Assembly (NCBI GenBank): GCA_009602725.1
Contig: WELB01000006.1
Location: forward strand, 487,634 to 534,025
Origin: Spirogloea muscicola
Lineage: Eukaryota
DNA: 46,392 nt
Reading direction: 5' to 3'
Shown here: positions 12,446 through 25,045 of the stretch, one piece after another
Layout: every line of letters starts with the position of its first letter
How positions within the stretch are numbered: position 1 is the stretch's first letter
The notes under the pieces: generated by a model
Databases searched by the model: none
Seen by the model: only the letters and a program-made list of their open reading frames with translations
Told to the model about the DNA's origin: nothing
Program-made: the position numbers and the translations under genes

Positions 12446-14619
12446 TCAGTTGGCGGTTATGTTGCCTTGCGTGCTTATTCGTATCATGTCCTCCATGTCT
12501 CCAGTGCTGCAGCAGCCAATGAGGCATGCGTAAGCCAAGTCTTCGTCCTACACCAGTTGCTTAAGTGCATCCTTGGATTCACTTCCAAGTCCAGATTCAC
12601 GTCCAACAATCTAGCATCTTCTAAACATGGCACTTGGCTTTATTGCAGAGCGATGCACATCTTGTGATACACCATATTTACCTGCTTGCGCGAAAGAGGG
12701 TGCCACAAAGCTGGCCATGGCTGTTGATACGATTCACACCCTTCATTGGCTGACCATGCTTCACATAGCTGCAGCAAATAGGCAAGTTAGTCTCCAGCGA
12801 GTGAATAACCTGGACAATGTAGAGGTCTGCATGTCAGCAGAGAAATGAGCATACCTTTTAACATGGCCATCTTCAGAAGTGCTATCTCCCTCAAAGTAAG
12901 ATCCCGCAGGAAACTCTGACGCAGCTCCGGGTCCTGAAGTGCACTCCTCCGAGAGGATACGCAAATTTGACGACAACAACAGAGCTCCTGCAAGCACAAC
13001 CCAGCCACTTCAAAGGCTGCCACTTGGCTACTCACGTCCCTGAATATGACATTTGAACGTGGTAAGACTCAGATCAGGACCGCTGGTGATCACTTCACAT
13101 TTCCGTCCTTGCAACCAGAAACCCAGATCCAGTGTCCATTTGGCTTGTAACTGAAATGGGATCAGGTCCCCGACTTAGCCAAGCTTAGAACGTACCCATT
13201 GGGGAGCAGCCCCAGAAAAGGGGTGCTCCGGCTGATCTGGCAGCGAGTACGTAGTTGCAGGATGCATCATAAAGAATGAACGAGTATTGGCCCTGCACCG
13301 GCAAATCACAGTATACCATGGTGGTGAACCCATTGCACCTCATTGCACCTCACATTAATATGGACTTGCATAAATTCTGCATTGGGACCCCTTAGACGAT
13401 TATATGCAGCATGTTGTGCCTTGAGAGTTGACTGCCACACTTGGGAAAGTACATTTCCAGCAATGAAAGTTGCTTGTAGAGAGTTTTGAGAATACTTACC
13501 CTGATAGCATCAAGACAAGTCTGTGGCTGAGCACTTTGATCACCATATGCATCAACAAAGCCCTGCAGTAAAATATGAGATTGATTACTGAGACAGACCT
13601 GCAAGGGATGAAGTGCGAGTTACTCAACGCCATTGCAGTGTCTTGTTCAAAGCAGATGTTTCTCAAACAAATGTCATACCTAGGCAGCGAGTCTGACCTT
13701 GCAGTACAAAGCCAGGAGGAGCTGAGCGCTCGTCGAGGTGAATGTGCTGAAAGTATCAGTTGCTTGAAGACTAGCTGGTAGGAGGCCGTACAGGTCTCTC
13801 ATCTCTTCATCATTGTCTATCCTCCCGAACATGACAAGAAATGCTTTCTGCCCATCCCTGCACCATCATGTAATGTGTTCATGAAGGCATGTCTGGAGTT
13901 CAAAGCATGTGAACACTGTGCATGCCAGCGTACAACCCGTCCTTATGCAAGAAAGACATTCAGGTTTTCATGATGCCTAGAATGACATACTCAATTCATA
14001 ACAAGAACTTAGTAGAGCAGTGCATTAGTATAGGCAGTGCAGATGAAGTGGCTAAGTTGGACGTACAGCGAATTGGTACACTCTGCGTAACTTACGCTCT
14101 TGTCAAGTCCATCATAGGCAACAGCAGCTCCTCCAGCCATGAGGTCTACAACCTGAACATCACGCAGTTACCTCAGGACATCAACCCTAAGTCTACAGCA
14201 GGGTAGCTTGGTGGTGGTTGACAGAACCACCACCAAGCAACCAGCATCAATGATAGCACCAGCATTGCTGCTTACGGATGTCGAACCTGCTTGTGCATGT
14301 GATAAGGAAGGGACATCCTCATTCTTGTCATGGTGTCCCGTACTACTTCCTCACCATCAAAGCCCAGCCTGCATGTGAAATTATGGTTTCAACAGTGTGA
14401 TATCGTACAGAAAGCCACAGAACGACAGAAATTCTCAATTAAAGTACCAGCCTTCTGTGATTCCTATGCCATCAAAAGCACAGATATAGATCAGAGTATG
14501 CCACAGGTGAGGTCAATCAGACTCGAGGTGTACCCAAAGTGCCTGTCATCAGCTCCCGCTCCCTTTTTGTCCATAGCAGGAGGTGGTTGCACACACACAT
14601 TTGAGATGACGGCGAACAT
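12446..14619 (-). CDS. Wali7/stem-specific TSJT1-like (DUF3700, Ntn-hydrolase-like) protein
   Basis: Start MFAVISNVCVQPPPAM. Motifs FLVMFGRIDN..EMRDLYGL, GQYSFILYDASCNYVLAARSAGAPLFWG, EFPAGSYF, MKGVNRINSHGQLCGTLFR, and end MIRISTQGNITAN*. These match the plant aluminium-induced YGL-motif family layout. One internal exon junction (~13860-14095) is unresolved. Confidence 0.85.
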
Positions 14620-14928
14620 GGTAGGAGCTGTTAAAACGTGCCAATATTGCAGGTTGCCTCGGAGTTGCCAATGAGGCAACAGAGTGCAAAGGCAGGAAAG
14701 TCTGGCAGTGCGAGCCTGGCCTGACAGCAAACAAGAGCAGTGTCACAGTAGGCAGGCGCGCGGGCGCAAGCGGTGCGGGGAGAGCATCGACGCCCTTGGG
14801 CGTGCGCGCAGCTCCTCCGCGCGCCGGGGGCGGCGAGCAGCCCGGCGAGGCCTAGGAGCGGAGGTCGCTGCGTTTGTGCAGTGCGGAGAACTGCAGCTGC
14901 CACTACCTCTGGAGGAGACTCCGCAGCC

Positions 14929-15290
14929 GGCGCGGATCCCATTGGAAGAGGAAGAAAGGGCTCGCCCATTGAGGATAGGGGCTGGAAAGGCCAGCCCAAA
15001 AAAGAAGGAACAAAGTACGAGAAGGGGGCCAGGGGAATCGCTAAGAAAACAAACACAACAAGAAACAAAGCAGCCACGTATTTAAGCAGAAGAAGTGGCT
15101 CTCCCAATGGGGGCAAGGGCTGTGAGAAGCCAGCCCGAAAAGAATTGACAAGGTTCGAAGGGGCCAAACTACGAGCTAAGCAGCGACTGCGGGGCCTGAA
15201 GAGGCTATGCAGCCTCAGGTCAGAGAAGCTAAGCTCCTGGATGTGGGTCCCCTGGCCCCAGAGCCAGAGGCGCGGATCCCGTTGGAAGAG
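14929..15290 (-). mobile_element. 5'-truncated CRE insertion with 22-bp TSD, containing a nested younger tail
   Basis: Direct repeat GGCGCGGATCCC(A/G)TTGGAAGAG at 14929-14950 and 15269-15290. Inside, on the minus strand: ORF end QGTHIQELSFSDLRL (cf. QGDRFPAASLSDVRLLTRNY at 29640), nested tail 15085-15212, terminal hairpin module 14951-15000. Confidence 0.8.
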
Positions 15291-15304
15291 CTCCTTCCTT
15301 TTAG

Positions 15305-15730
15305 CTTGAATTGGCCAACCTTTCAATGCGCACCGCGCGCCCATCCCTCTTTCTTTCTTGGAAGAGCTCATTTGTGGCGACCCCGAGCTCGGCGTCGCCT
15401 CGTGGGCGTTTGCTCAGCCGACGTGGCGGGCGGCCAGGATTGGCACCGCCCACGTGACGCGGCGGGCCTGCCTCAGATTGCGTCAAGGCCAAACGCCACA
15501 ATCCCCGGCCGCCACAAACGCGGCCCCGCCCCCACCCCCGCCTCCACGTTCCGCCTGCACGTCCTTCTCCATTCACTCTCCTTTCTGGGTTGGCCTCTCC
15601 CAGCCACCGCCCTCTCCTGGAAGCGTCTCTCTCCCTTTTCCGTTCACAAGGAATAGCTCTGCTAATGCAAGGCAATGGCTGTGTCTGGTATAGGCTTTTC
15701 ACAGCCCCTGGTTCTTCCGGGGGCTGTAGA
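15305..15730 (+). repeat. Further CRE-tail/UTR fragments
   Basis: 15309-15342 resembles 349-387 and 2403-2440. GGGTTGGCCTCTCCCAGCCACCGCCCTCTCCTGGAAGCGTC at 15586 is near-identical to 38985-39027 and similar to 43918-43956. Confidence 0.7.
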
Positions 15731-15859
15731 GAGGGAGCTGTAGAGTCCTCAACTGGGCTTCTGCATTTCTCCCGAAGACAAGCAGACCACCCTCGTCTCA
15801 GCAGTCCAGATGCAGATCTGCTCATGGTGGCACACAGAGATCAGACACTCAGACACACC

Positions 15860-15996
15860 GACAGCTGAGGCTCCGCCCTCCATCAGCCACAAAGCCACAC
15901 AGTCGCACAGCCACACAGACATAGGACAGCACAGGCTCCCCTCTCGATCAGAGATCTCAGCGACACGGTCATATAGACAGCACAGGCTCCGCCCTC
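15860..15996 (+). repeat. Three imperfect direct repeats GACAGC(A/T)(C/G)AGGCTCC(G)CCCTC, 50-65 bp apart
   Basis: Copies at ~15860, ~15925 and ~15976 in a CA-rich tract. Confidence 0.6.
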
Positions 15997-16428
15997 ACTC
16001 CGTGGGTAGCTGCTGTAGCTAGGGCGACGGGAGCAGCAGCGTGGTCGCCTCAGATCCATAATCGGAAATGAATTCCGATGTGCCAGGGCACCCCTTCTAC
16101 CAGGGAGCGCTCCCATTGCCCACTAGGCTGAGTCCGATAATGATCCAGCCCACCGGCTGATTTACCATACACCCGCAAAATGGTTTCGCTGAATCACCTA
16201 CATGCAACATCCTCAACACAATCACTCCCGCCTTCAGCCTCCATGGCAGGCGCCTGTGCCGCCGCCGTATACCTGAGGTACAATTCTTGATAGGAAGCAA
16301 CTGCTGCTGTCCAGGCTATCAGAGGCAGGCGAAACAATGGGCCAAGCTTCAAATGCTCCTTCCATTGCTCCTTAGCCTGGGGGATTGCCTGATCTCAGGA
16401 GTCTAAGCAAGGTAGGCAACAGTGAGAT

Positions 16429-19226
16429 CTACATGTTGGTGGTGCTTCGTCTTTCGGACTTTTTGGAGTTGATGAGGGCATTCACTTTCTCTAATGCCTG
16501 CCACAACAGGAGCTGATGTCGAGAGGTCATTTGATCTGATCAAAAAGATGTAGCACGGCAAAGGATGAGCACCCATTTGCTATTTACCGGAGTAAAAGTA
16601 GAAAACTAACAGAAATTAATCAGGAGAGTTGTCTTGGTTGTCAAACTTGTCAGAGGTTATTCAAAATACCTCCAATGCCACTGCTCCAGAGGTGACAGAA
16701 GACAAGCTTTCCAAACCCAGTGAGGTTGCCAAGTCTGCAGCAAACTTTGTCCTGTGAGTACCATTTTAAAAGCATGGCACATGCTCTTTGCTCCACCTTT
16801 GTGAAGCTTCTGCCATCGGGATCTCTTGGGCATGAGGAGCAACTCCACGATATAGTTATGCTTGCTGAGTGTGATGACCATCAGATGCTCTGCTATTATT
16901 AGAGAGAGAACGGATGTAAATTGAAGCTCATGACCAAGAGAGCGACCCTACCCTCCAATCTGAGTGTGGCATCTGCTTGTGCGTACATATCCCGGCGATC
17001 ACCGAGGAGCTGGTTCAATCTTTGCAACAACTGCAGCAAGATGAATAAGCAATAGCAGATTAATAGGGACCCACAAGAGTAAGCTCCTGTGACAAAGGCT
17101 CTTAAGTGAGTCCTCGAGTGGCCTAGCCTGCAATCACAGAAGGCCACGCACCTTAGAGTGCTCTTCAAGGTCTGTTGTTTCTCCATTGTTCAGTAATGGA
17201 CGTGACTTAGTCCCAGCAGATAGCAGGCGATCAGCAAGAGCACCTACAGGAACATCGAGCCATACTGTGACATGATCTCTCATTTTTGACCTGCAAGCGC
17301 AACTGCTTCCTGTTGAGTTGTGCTTGCATATCTGAGTCTGCAAGAATGACACCAGTGTAAACAAGCATGACAAAGGTGCACTCTCCTGATTACTAGTCCA
17401 GTAGAGCTTGGAACCTTTTAAGCAGTTGCGGCGATCATTGGCTTGCTTGCTGATACTTCTGATCTCTTGCTGATACTGACCAGTTGATTGGGCGCGTCAC
17501 TGCACCACCACCAGTTGCAACCACAAGCCGGCCGTTCAACGAAAGCTCTGCAATTACTTTGCTCTGCACAGACATGAACAGTGGCACGGCTGTAGAAGGC
17601 CAGCAATAAGCATATGAAGTGAGCCAGCTGATTTTCTCGTTACAACAATGAAGTTCAGCATACTTCAGATATTACACATGGCAACCTGCTGCTTGCACAC
17701 GTATTGGGGTGAAGCTCAACCTCAGTCATTGCTGTTGCACCACACCGGAGTGCTTATGAAGCTTGCAAGCTCTACAAGCAAGATATATAGCTAGCAAGCT
17801 TGCAAACGCCAGATGTGTGAGGTAATGGGTGGCAGTAAGGACCTCAAGTTGTCGAAAGACCTCCTCTCCACACTCAGCAAAGATCTCATTGACAGATGCT
17901 CCACCTGCTACTTGTTCTACCACCTGGTCACTGATATTATATCAGACTTGATGTGAGACCTTGATGATTGTGACAAGATGGATCCATCTATGTCAAAGCT
18001 GGGTCCACAAGCCATGGCTTGTGTGCCCGCAGCTACGGACAAGAAGCTTTTGCATGTCCTGTTACGAACTCTTGAGTACAAGCAGGGCCACAGACTATTG
18101 AGGCTGTTAGGCAGCCATCACATTTGAAGTAGTTGCACTGTGCTGCTGCTTTGCTTGTGTTTTTGCGAGCTTGGCTAGTACCAGTCAAGAAAGGAGTAAT
18201 GTAGAGCGTCCGCAAGGATTCTTCCAACAGTGGTCTTACCGCTGCCCATCATGCCTGCATTAGCCCAAATGGATCGAACAAAGTCACAAACGCTATATCT
18301 TCTTCGACGACGGTCATGCCTCCACCCGCACACAGGCTGTCAGAGTGCCAAAATACGCACACACTAAAGTCGTTAGCCTAGCAGTGCTTGTAAAGCCACG
18401 TCGTGCAAGTGAGCTGCAGTCACTGAGCCCACATTCTCATCACGTCACTGACCAACAAGGAAGATGCTGGTTCCCCTTAAGTCATCCACAACTTCTGCTG
18501 CCTTCCTCTGCAACAGCACCAAGACACAACGTATGACGTGGACCTCTACATTACAGATCAACTCTGAATTTGGAATGCTAGGAGCGAAACAGTCAATAAT
18601 CAGACCAGTGTGAACTTCCAGTTCAAAAAGCACTCCTGTGACTTGTAGAGTGGGTGAATTCCTCAGTAAGCAGCATCCTGTATGTTGAGTGACTGGTGGA
18701 CTGACATGGTAGATTGAAGATTCCCAGCTCAGTAGGCAATGCGAGAGAGAACTGCTGGACGTCAGGCTCGCGCAGGACCTCAATTTGGAGCAATGAGCGA
18801 GGTTGTTACCTGTAACGCTGAAGTCTCCTCCTCTGAAAGTGAGTACGCCTGCTGGTTCTTTGCAATGACTGCCAAGCGCACAGAGAGAGGAACTGATATT
18901 CCACGTTCCTCTCGACCGCTGGGCAACTCTATTCCGTGTACGGAAGCTCGGACCAGGTGTTAGTAGACAAGAAGGGCCTGTGCAGATCCTCTCGACCGTC
19001 CACGCTACGTACCAAAGCAGCCGTCCCGTCGCTGCTGCTGCTGCCGCCTGCGGCAAGGCCGTGGCGCGTTCCGGCGCGGGGGGCTCCTCACGAGAGAGCT
19101 CGACGGCCAGTGCTGGGGTGGGCGCACCTCCGCGGCGGCACTTGCAAGGCCGTCTGCGGCGGGACAGCGTCGGAGATCGTGCGGCGGCGCACAGCAAGCG
19201 GCTCCGAGGAGGGAGAGCGCGACCAT
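16429..19226 (-). CDS. SK: Shikimate kinase, plastid-targeted
   Basis: Transit-peptide-like exon MVALSLLGAACCAPP..., then LRGTSIFLV|GMMGSGKTTVGRILADALHYSFLD (Walker A), SVNEIFAECGEEVFRQLE, LVVATGGGAVTRPINW, TVWLDVPVGALADRL, RRDMYAQADA. Stop TAG at 16429-16431. Confidence 0.93.
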
Positions 19227-19725
19227 CGTTGCGAGCTGACGCGCCAAGCGCAGCCTCGTCCCGGGGGCGCGCCGGAGGAGGCGCGCGAGCGCGGCAGGCG
19301 GGCGTCGGGCTGGGCGGGCGGCGCGCGGGGGACAAGGGGTCCAGGTGTGGCCTTTAAACCCCACCCCCACCATCCACCCAGCTGGGCCAGCTGAGAACTG
19401 CGCCCGCTGCGACGGTGCCAGTCCGTCCCGCCGCGCCGCCCCCTTCTCTCAGTCCCGCCCGCCGCCAGGACAGCCGGGCAGCCCCCGCGCGCGCGCGGGA
19501 GCGGCCGCGACGGGCGTAGCGCCTGCTGGGGCATCGTCTGGCAGCGCACGGGCCTCGCTTCCGACGCCGCTGCCGCACGCGGAAGGCTGTAATTGCAGCA
19601 TCAGGCGGCCCCAGTGGGCGTGGCGTGTGCCCGCTGTGCCATCTGCGTCCGGGCGGGGCGCCTGCGGGCCTTCCTCCGCTCGAGACAAGCTTGACTGCCT
19701 GGTGGCGCTGAGTGGGCCACCAGCC
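19227..19725. promoter_or_regulatory. GC/CpG-rich putative bidirectional promoter region (SK / RsmD head-to-head)
   Basis: About 500 bp between divergent inferred ATGs, very GC- and CpG-rich. Confidence 0.5.
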
Positions 19726-22349
19726 ATGCACCGAGTGCTGGCTGGGGCCGCGCTCGGTGGAACGGCAGGGGGGCTGCTTGACCCCCAGGGCCGGCCGATG
19801 CACCTCGTCAAGCGGCAACGTTCCAGTGGCCGGCCAGCGCGGTGGAGCGTGGCTGCGCCTCCCGCTCCCGTCGGTGTACGGTGTGCGAGGCATGGGGGCA
19901 TCCTTCGCCGCGCAGGTCATTAGCAACCGAGTCTCTGGCCGGCACTACGTCGTGGTGCACATTTGCCGGCTTTCTCTTTCGCCTCGCCATTCTTATGGGT
20001 GCGGCCCATATCGTCGGGAGGGGTCGTCGTCTGACGCCTTGGACGCTGCCATGCAGCAGTGAGGAAGGCCGGCAGCGGCACGAGGCCGCGCAGAGACCCC
20101 AGGAAGCAGGAGGCAGAGGAAGGCCCGACAGGTGAGCAGAGGCGACGGGCTGGAGGCCGACTACCCGCGGCCGACGCAGAGAAGGAAGGGGAGGAGGATG
20201 TGTACACTCTGGAGCACGGGTGGCTGGTGGACCCCACCATGCTAACCTCAAGGGAGGTGTGCACTGTCTCCTCATCTCTTCTCTCGCTCGGTGGCAGGAG
20301 GTCCGCATACTCTGTAGTCCTTGCAGGTGATGCTCCTGCGTGTTCAGATGTGTAGTGACTGTGTCTGGTGGGTCTTACTTGAAGCAGAAGCTTTTTGCAT
20401 AGCACAATGCTCCTGGAAGCTGAAAACCTTTCCTTGCATGACACGTTTGACCTTCTTGACAGAAGACAATTGGCACAGGCCTACACATCCCACTCAAAAT
20501 CCGCAAGCAGCTCGAAAAGGAGGCAGAGAGCAAGAGCACGTCTGACCTCAGGGGTGAAGCGCCCCCACTGCGTTCCACGCATCGGCAACTGAGGGTGACC
20601 AAGCTTTACTTCTCTGCCACAATTGGGCATGCGGTTGCTCACCCTTTGCTGCATGATTACATATAAAATATGACAAGGCCAGAAAGTCATGTATAACACT
20701 GTAGAAATTGCACAGCTGTACTCAGCACAAAATTGCTCACATTGTGGCAGCTCTTGTGCAGGTTATGGGTGGGCGCCAAGGTGGCCGGAAGCTGCTCTCT
20801 CCTGCTGACGCCAATGTCCGGCCTATGATGGAGGTCGTGCGTGGAGCGGTCTTTAGTATGCTGCAGGTTCTTGGCACACCCTCTCAGAAGCCCTGTCCAA
20901 CCTTCTGTGTCGTTTTGTCGTCTTGCTAAAGAGGCAGGGTGACAAAGAAGAATGTTGGTGTCTGTCACATGGCCGCGTGCTGAAGAGGTTGCGTACCTGC
21001 GCTGGAATACTGGAATAGCACCACTACTGATGCTTCTTGTGGGCAGTGCTTGGCAGGATCACCTGGCTGTTTGCCGGGCGGCAGGTGGTTGGACTTGTAC
21101 AGCGGAACAGGCTCCGTTGGGATAGAAGCCATGAGCCGAGGGTGTGCCACTGTAAGGCAGAGGAGTTGGGGGTGTATCACACCGAGTTGGCTATTTCTTG
21201 GGTTGCTTCAGCTTGAAGCAGCAATAGATGCTCATGGTGAAGCAGTTCCAGCTGCTCCGGTGCCAATGACCAGTCTCTTCTTTGCTTCAGGCACATTTCG
21301 TTGAAATGGACCCATGGGTTGTCAGCAACGTGCTCGGGACCAACCTATCCTCTTGCGACCTGGCTGGCCAAAGCGTGATTCACACTGTGCGGGTGGAGGC
21401 CTTCTTGAAACGTGCCGAGGAGTGTGGTGGTATGCCTCTACTTATACGCGTTGCCTTTCCCTGCCAGAATGCAAGGTCTTGCTTACAAGATATACACCTA
21501 CCACCTAAGCAGTCCCACTGATTACTACTTGGGGTTCTGCACAACAACTGTGCCGAATTCCTTATGCGTGTGACTCCCTGCATCTGCTCGGTGCTCCTGC
21601 GAGGTTTATGTACACGTCATGGACAGGGTCCACTACCTAACTGCAGCAGCACTTTGCTGCAGCGGCCTTTGCTGGAGGAATTTTTGACTACGTGAGTGTC
21701 ACACCTCCGTATGAAGCTGTGTCCTACTCGGAACTTCTTACGAAGCTTGCCATATCTCCCCTTATTGGATCAGATACCATATGTGTACGTCTTACACGAG
21801 ATTCATGCGCTTGCGAGCTATGAGCTTTGTCAAACTTTCTCCCATTGATGAATTATTCGATATTGTCCATCCATATGTAGAGTACATCTTGTAATATCAT
21901 TGAGTGTCTGTTATCCACCTTTGCCTTGTGATCAAAGCCTTGAGCCTCGAACCTCAAGCAGTACGCACTTTTAGGTGCTGTGTAAGACAGTGCCTGAGCC
22001 TGATTTGTGAATTCTCTCGTCAGGTGATCGAATACCCTTCCCGGTCAAAAGCAGACATCCTGGACCAATGTGGCCCTCTACACCTGGTACAGATGTTCTT
22101 TGATACAGCTGATGCTAAGCTGAAACATGAATATTTGCGCCAAAGGCTTGCTACCAGGCTGCATCTCAAGTTCCTGCCTCTAAGCAGGTCCGACTTGTAT
22201 GATCGACCATATAGACTCTGAAGCCAATGACTTTGGACTTTGTACTGCATCTGACTGTCGCAGTTCCTTCTTTCTCGCAGATACGAGATCGACGCTATGG
22301 TCGCACCAATGTTGCCTTTTACGGGCCTGAATGGGCAAAGCCCAGTTAG
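19726..22349 (+). CDS. RsmD: RsmD/YhhF-family 16S rRNA m2G methyltransferase, plastid-type
   Basis: RSTHRQLR|VMGGRQGGRKLLSPADANVRPMMEVVRGAVFSML, RWLDLYSGTGSVGIEAMSRG (SAM motif), HFVEMDPW, FDYVSVTPPY, VIEYP, IRDRRYGRTNVAFYGPEWAKPS*. The start ATG at 19726 is inferred. Confidence 0.9.
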
Positions 22350-22727
22350 CATCGCACTGCCTCATGATCACTCAAACACGACACATTGCTAATTGTGAGC
22401 AGCTCACAAGGCACTGAGATTTGCCAACTTGTTATGTCCACAAGCGATGCTTGCAATACATTCACGTTGATAATCAAAGCATAAAATCACCAAAAGTTGA
22501 AGTCATTGGCTTCTGCGACAGGAAAAGGATCAGGGGCGGAGAATGTCTCAACCACTGTAAGAGGGTGTGCACTTATGCTGAGCAGTCCTGCACTTGTAAA
22601 TTAAGAGTGGCTCAGCTATCCATGGCCACCTGTTGTGTTCACATTGCAAAGCTTCACAAAGAGCAGCTACAGCCATGGTGGTTTGGCAAGGTACTCGACC
22701 TCACACTTGACCAAACATATGGAGCAT

Positions 22728-24423
22728 TCATGCTCGGAGCCCATGCCCAAAAGAGTAAGAGGCCATGCTGGTGCTCATCCTCCTGGCTGAATGAAGCTTC
22801 AGACCCGGCGAACTGCCAGCAGCGCCAATGGCCACATGAAAGGGAAGGAGGTGCTCCAGTGTGGGATGTGCTTGCTTGACTTGAGGCTGTTGCTCCAAGC
22901 CTATGAGAGCACTTTCATGGTCTTAAGATGTTGACAAGCAGCTAGATACAGAGGTCAAGGTGTTGACAAGCAGCTAGATACAGAGGTCAAGGTGTTGCAC
23001 GTTGGAATGCTTTGATACACGTACCAATTGCTCTTTCTTTGCGGTCTGAAGCATCGGTGGTCTCGAGGGCTACAGCATCCAATGCGTCATCAAAAAGGCC
23101 AACATACTCTGGCACCTACACAGATGAGGTGCAATACGCCTGCGTGTAAGGCAGCTGCTGCGAATCTTTATCACCAAGAAACAGACACACAAGTCTGTCA
23201 ACGCCACACATGATTAAGGTCACACATGACGCACTCTCTGACAAGTAAAGGGGGTATACTTCTCAGACCTTCTGATTATCAAGGTACTTGCGAATCTCCT
23301 GCAGATTATGCACTGAAGTGCCGCTGCAGATGAGCAACACTCCTTCGTCCCGCAGAACAGAGAGCGCTTCTCCTATAGCCACATGGTCCCTCATTGAGCC
23401 TCCAGCCAACAATGAAAGCTGAAGATGAGCAAGTATGAGCACAACTTAGTAAATACATCCAATACTCCAGAGCGACTGGGTGATGTGAAGCACTAAGCCC
23501 TAGATCCAATGCAGCTCTTGCTGTCAATGACTGAACAGACAAGTACCCGCCTGAGACACATCTCAGTCCTGTCAATTTGACTTCAGAGCTGCAACTGATT
23601 GTAAGTGGCCGGTTGACCTGAACAACTGGAATGTCAGCCTGTGGGAGCATCACGTGCAGTGGGACCCATGCTCCGTGATCCAAAGCATGGGAAGAATCCT
23701 CAGTGGCAGCGATTCCTGCTCTTCTCAGGAGCTGTACGGAAGCTCAGAGGAGGTCATTGATCAGTAGAAGCTGTGGGACATTTGATCACTGCCTGCCAAG
23801 CTGCTATATTCCTACCAAGATGTCGTAGTCAAGCTGGCCTAGATGATGGGAACTTTGCTGGGTGGGAGGCAACTGCAGTGGAAAGATCGTACGATGACCT
23901 GTAGCCCCTTCTGATGCTTGGCAGATCAGTATACTGGGCACCCACAACATTCTTCTCAACCAGCTCTCAACAGTGATAGCACCCTACGTCGGTTTGGCTG
24001 TCACATTGACCTCAATAGCTCGTCTGGCGACGTCAGGATGGCCGCGCGCCGGGTACGTGATCTTGTACATGGCTGACGGAAAGCCGTAGAAGTCATGGAT
24101 CAGAGTCGTTGTGGCAGAGGTGTTCACGTGGATTGTGCCATGGGTCTCCCAATGGGCGCTCACGATGACGATCGCTTTCACGTTTGGAAGCTTCAGCACC
24201 TGCCTCGTGGGAAGTAAGGCAAGGCCGGACGAGTCAGAGCGGCCGGATGTGCACACAAGCTCCTCGTGAAGAGGGCGACATTCAGCACCACTGTTGCTGG
24301 GGACGCGCAGCAGCTGGCCCTCACCTGGCCGCCGAGCTTGGCAAGGAACGCGGAGGTGGGGCTCTGCTCCAGCGCGAGCATCGGCGAGCCGTGCGAGACG
24401 AACAGCACGGGCAGCTCCGCCAT
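22728..24423 (-). CDS. DODA: LigB-family extradiol dioxygenase (4,5-DOPA dioxygenase-like), 6 exons
   Basis: MAELPVLFVSHGSPM, IVIVSAHWET, LIHDFYGFP, YPARGHP, LDHGAWVPLHVMLPQADIPVVQLSL, GVLLICSGTSVHNL, AHPTLEHLLPFHVAIGAAG, SMASYSFG. Stop TGA at 22728-22730. Confidence 0.93.
22929..22997 (+). repeat. Perfect 32-bp tandem duplication in last DODA intron
   Basis: TGTTGACAAGCAGCTAGATACAGAGGTCAAGG occurs twice. Confidence 0.9.
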
Positions 24424-24759
24424 GCTCGCACGCCCGGCGCAGCCAGCGGCAAGGCGCTCAGCGCCGCCGAGCCGGCGGCGGCGGCCGCGCGCCCGCGCAC
24501 AAGGCGATNGAGGTGCGGCGCGCCCGGTGCTGGGTGGCGGTTGCGCACGCCGCCGGCTGCGGTACCGCTGCGGCGCTGTGAGCGGCTTTTGCGCAGGAGG
24601 CCGCCATGGCGGGAGTCGGGGGAGCCTTCGCCGTGCCGGGGAGGTCGGCTGAGGAAGGTTCGGAAAAGGGCTGGCGGGTGACGGCGGGGCCCACGAGCAG
24701 CCACCGTGTGCAGGCGTCAGCGAGAGAAGTGCGCGTCAGCGGGGCCGGCAGACGGTGGG

Positions 24760-25045
24760 GTTGGCTACTTCTTCTTCTACTCCGCTGTCGCCTTACCTTC
24801 AGACCTTGTCCATTCTTTTGGGCTGGCCTCTCCCAGCCACCAGTAAATCTGGCCGCGCTTGCTCCTTCCCAAAAAATGGTTGGGCTTACGATGCACAGCC
24901 TCGCCCCTTTCGAATGAGCTTACTTCTTTCCATTGTCTGTACAATGTATTGGCTTGAGACGGCCATGCTTTCGTTTCATGCGCACCGATCGCGTTCTCAT
25001 CTTTTCCACAGCCATTGCCGTAGATTGGAAGAGCTCACTTTCTCG
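24760..25045 (+). repeat. Array of CRE-tail modules upstream of DODA
   Basis: CTTCTTCTTCT run at ~24768. The 67-bp copy 24796-24862 has one mismatch to 27729-27795. Further modules at 24880-24930 and ~24995-25045. Confidence 0.75.

Noticed and set aside
14631..15371. 246-aa minus-strand ORF with a hydrophobic stretch
   Set aside because: It reads through the nested retroelement tails and the promoter island; the same peptide text appears at 36-275 and 29641-29865.
15690..15710. Histone mRNA stem-loop resemblance of GGCTTTTCACAGCC
   Set aside because: It lacks the 6-bp stem/4-nt loop geometry, there is no histone gene nearby, and it is part of the tail module.
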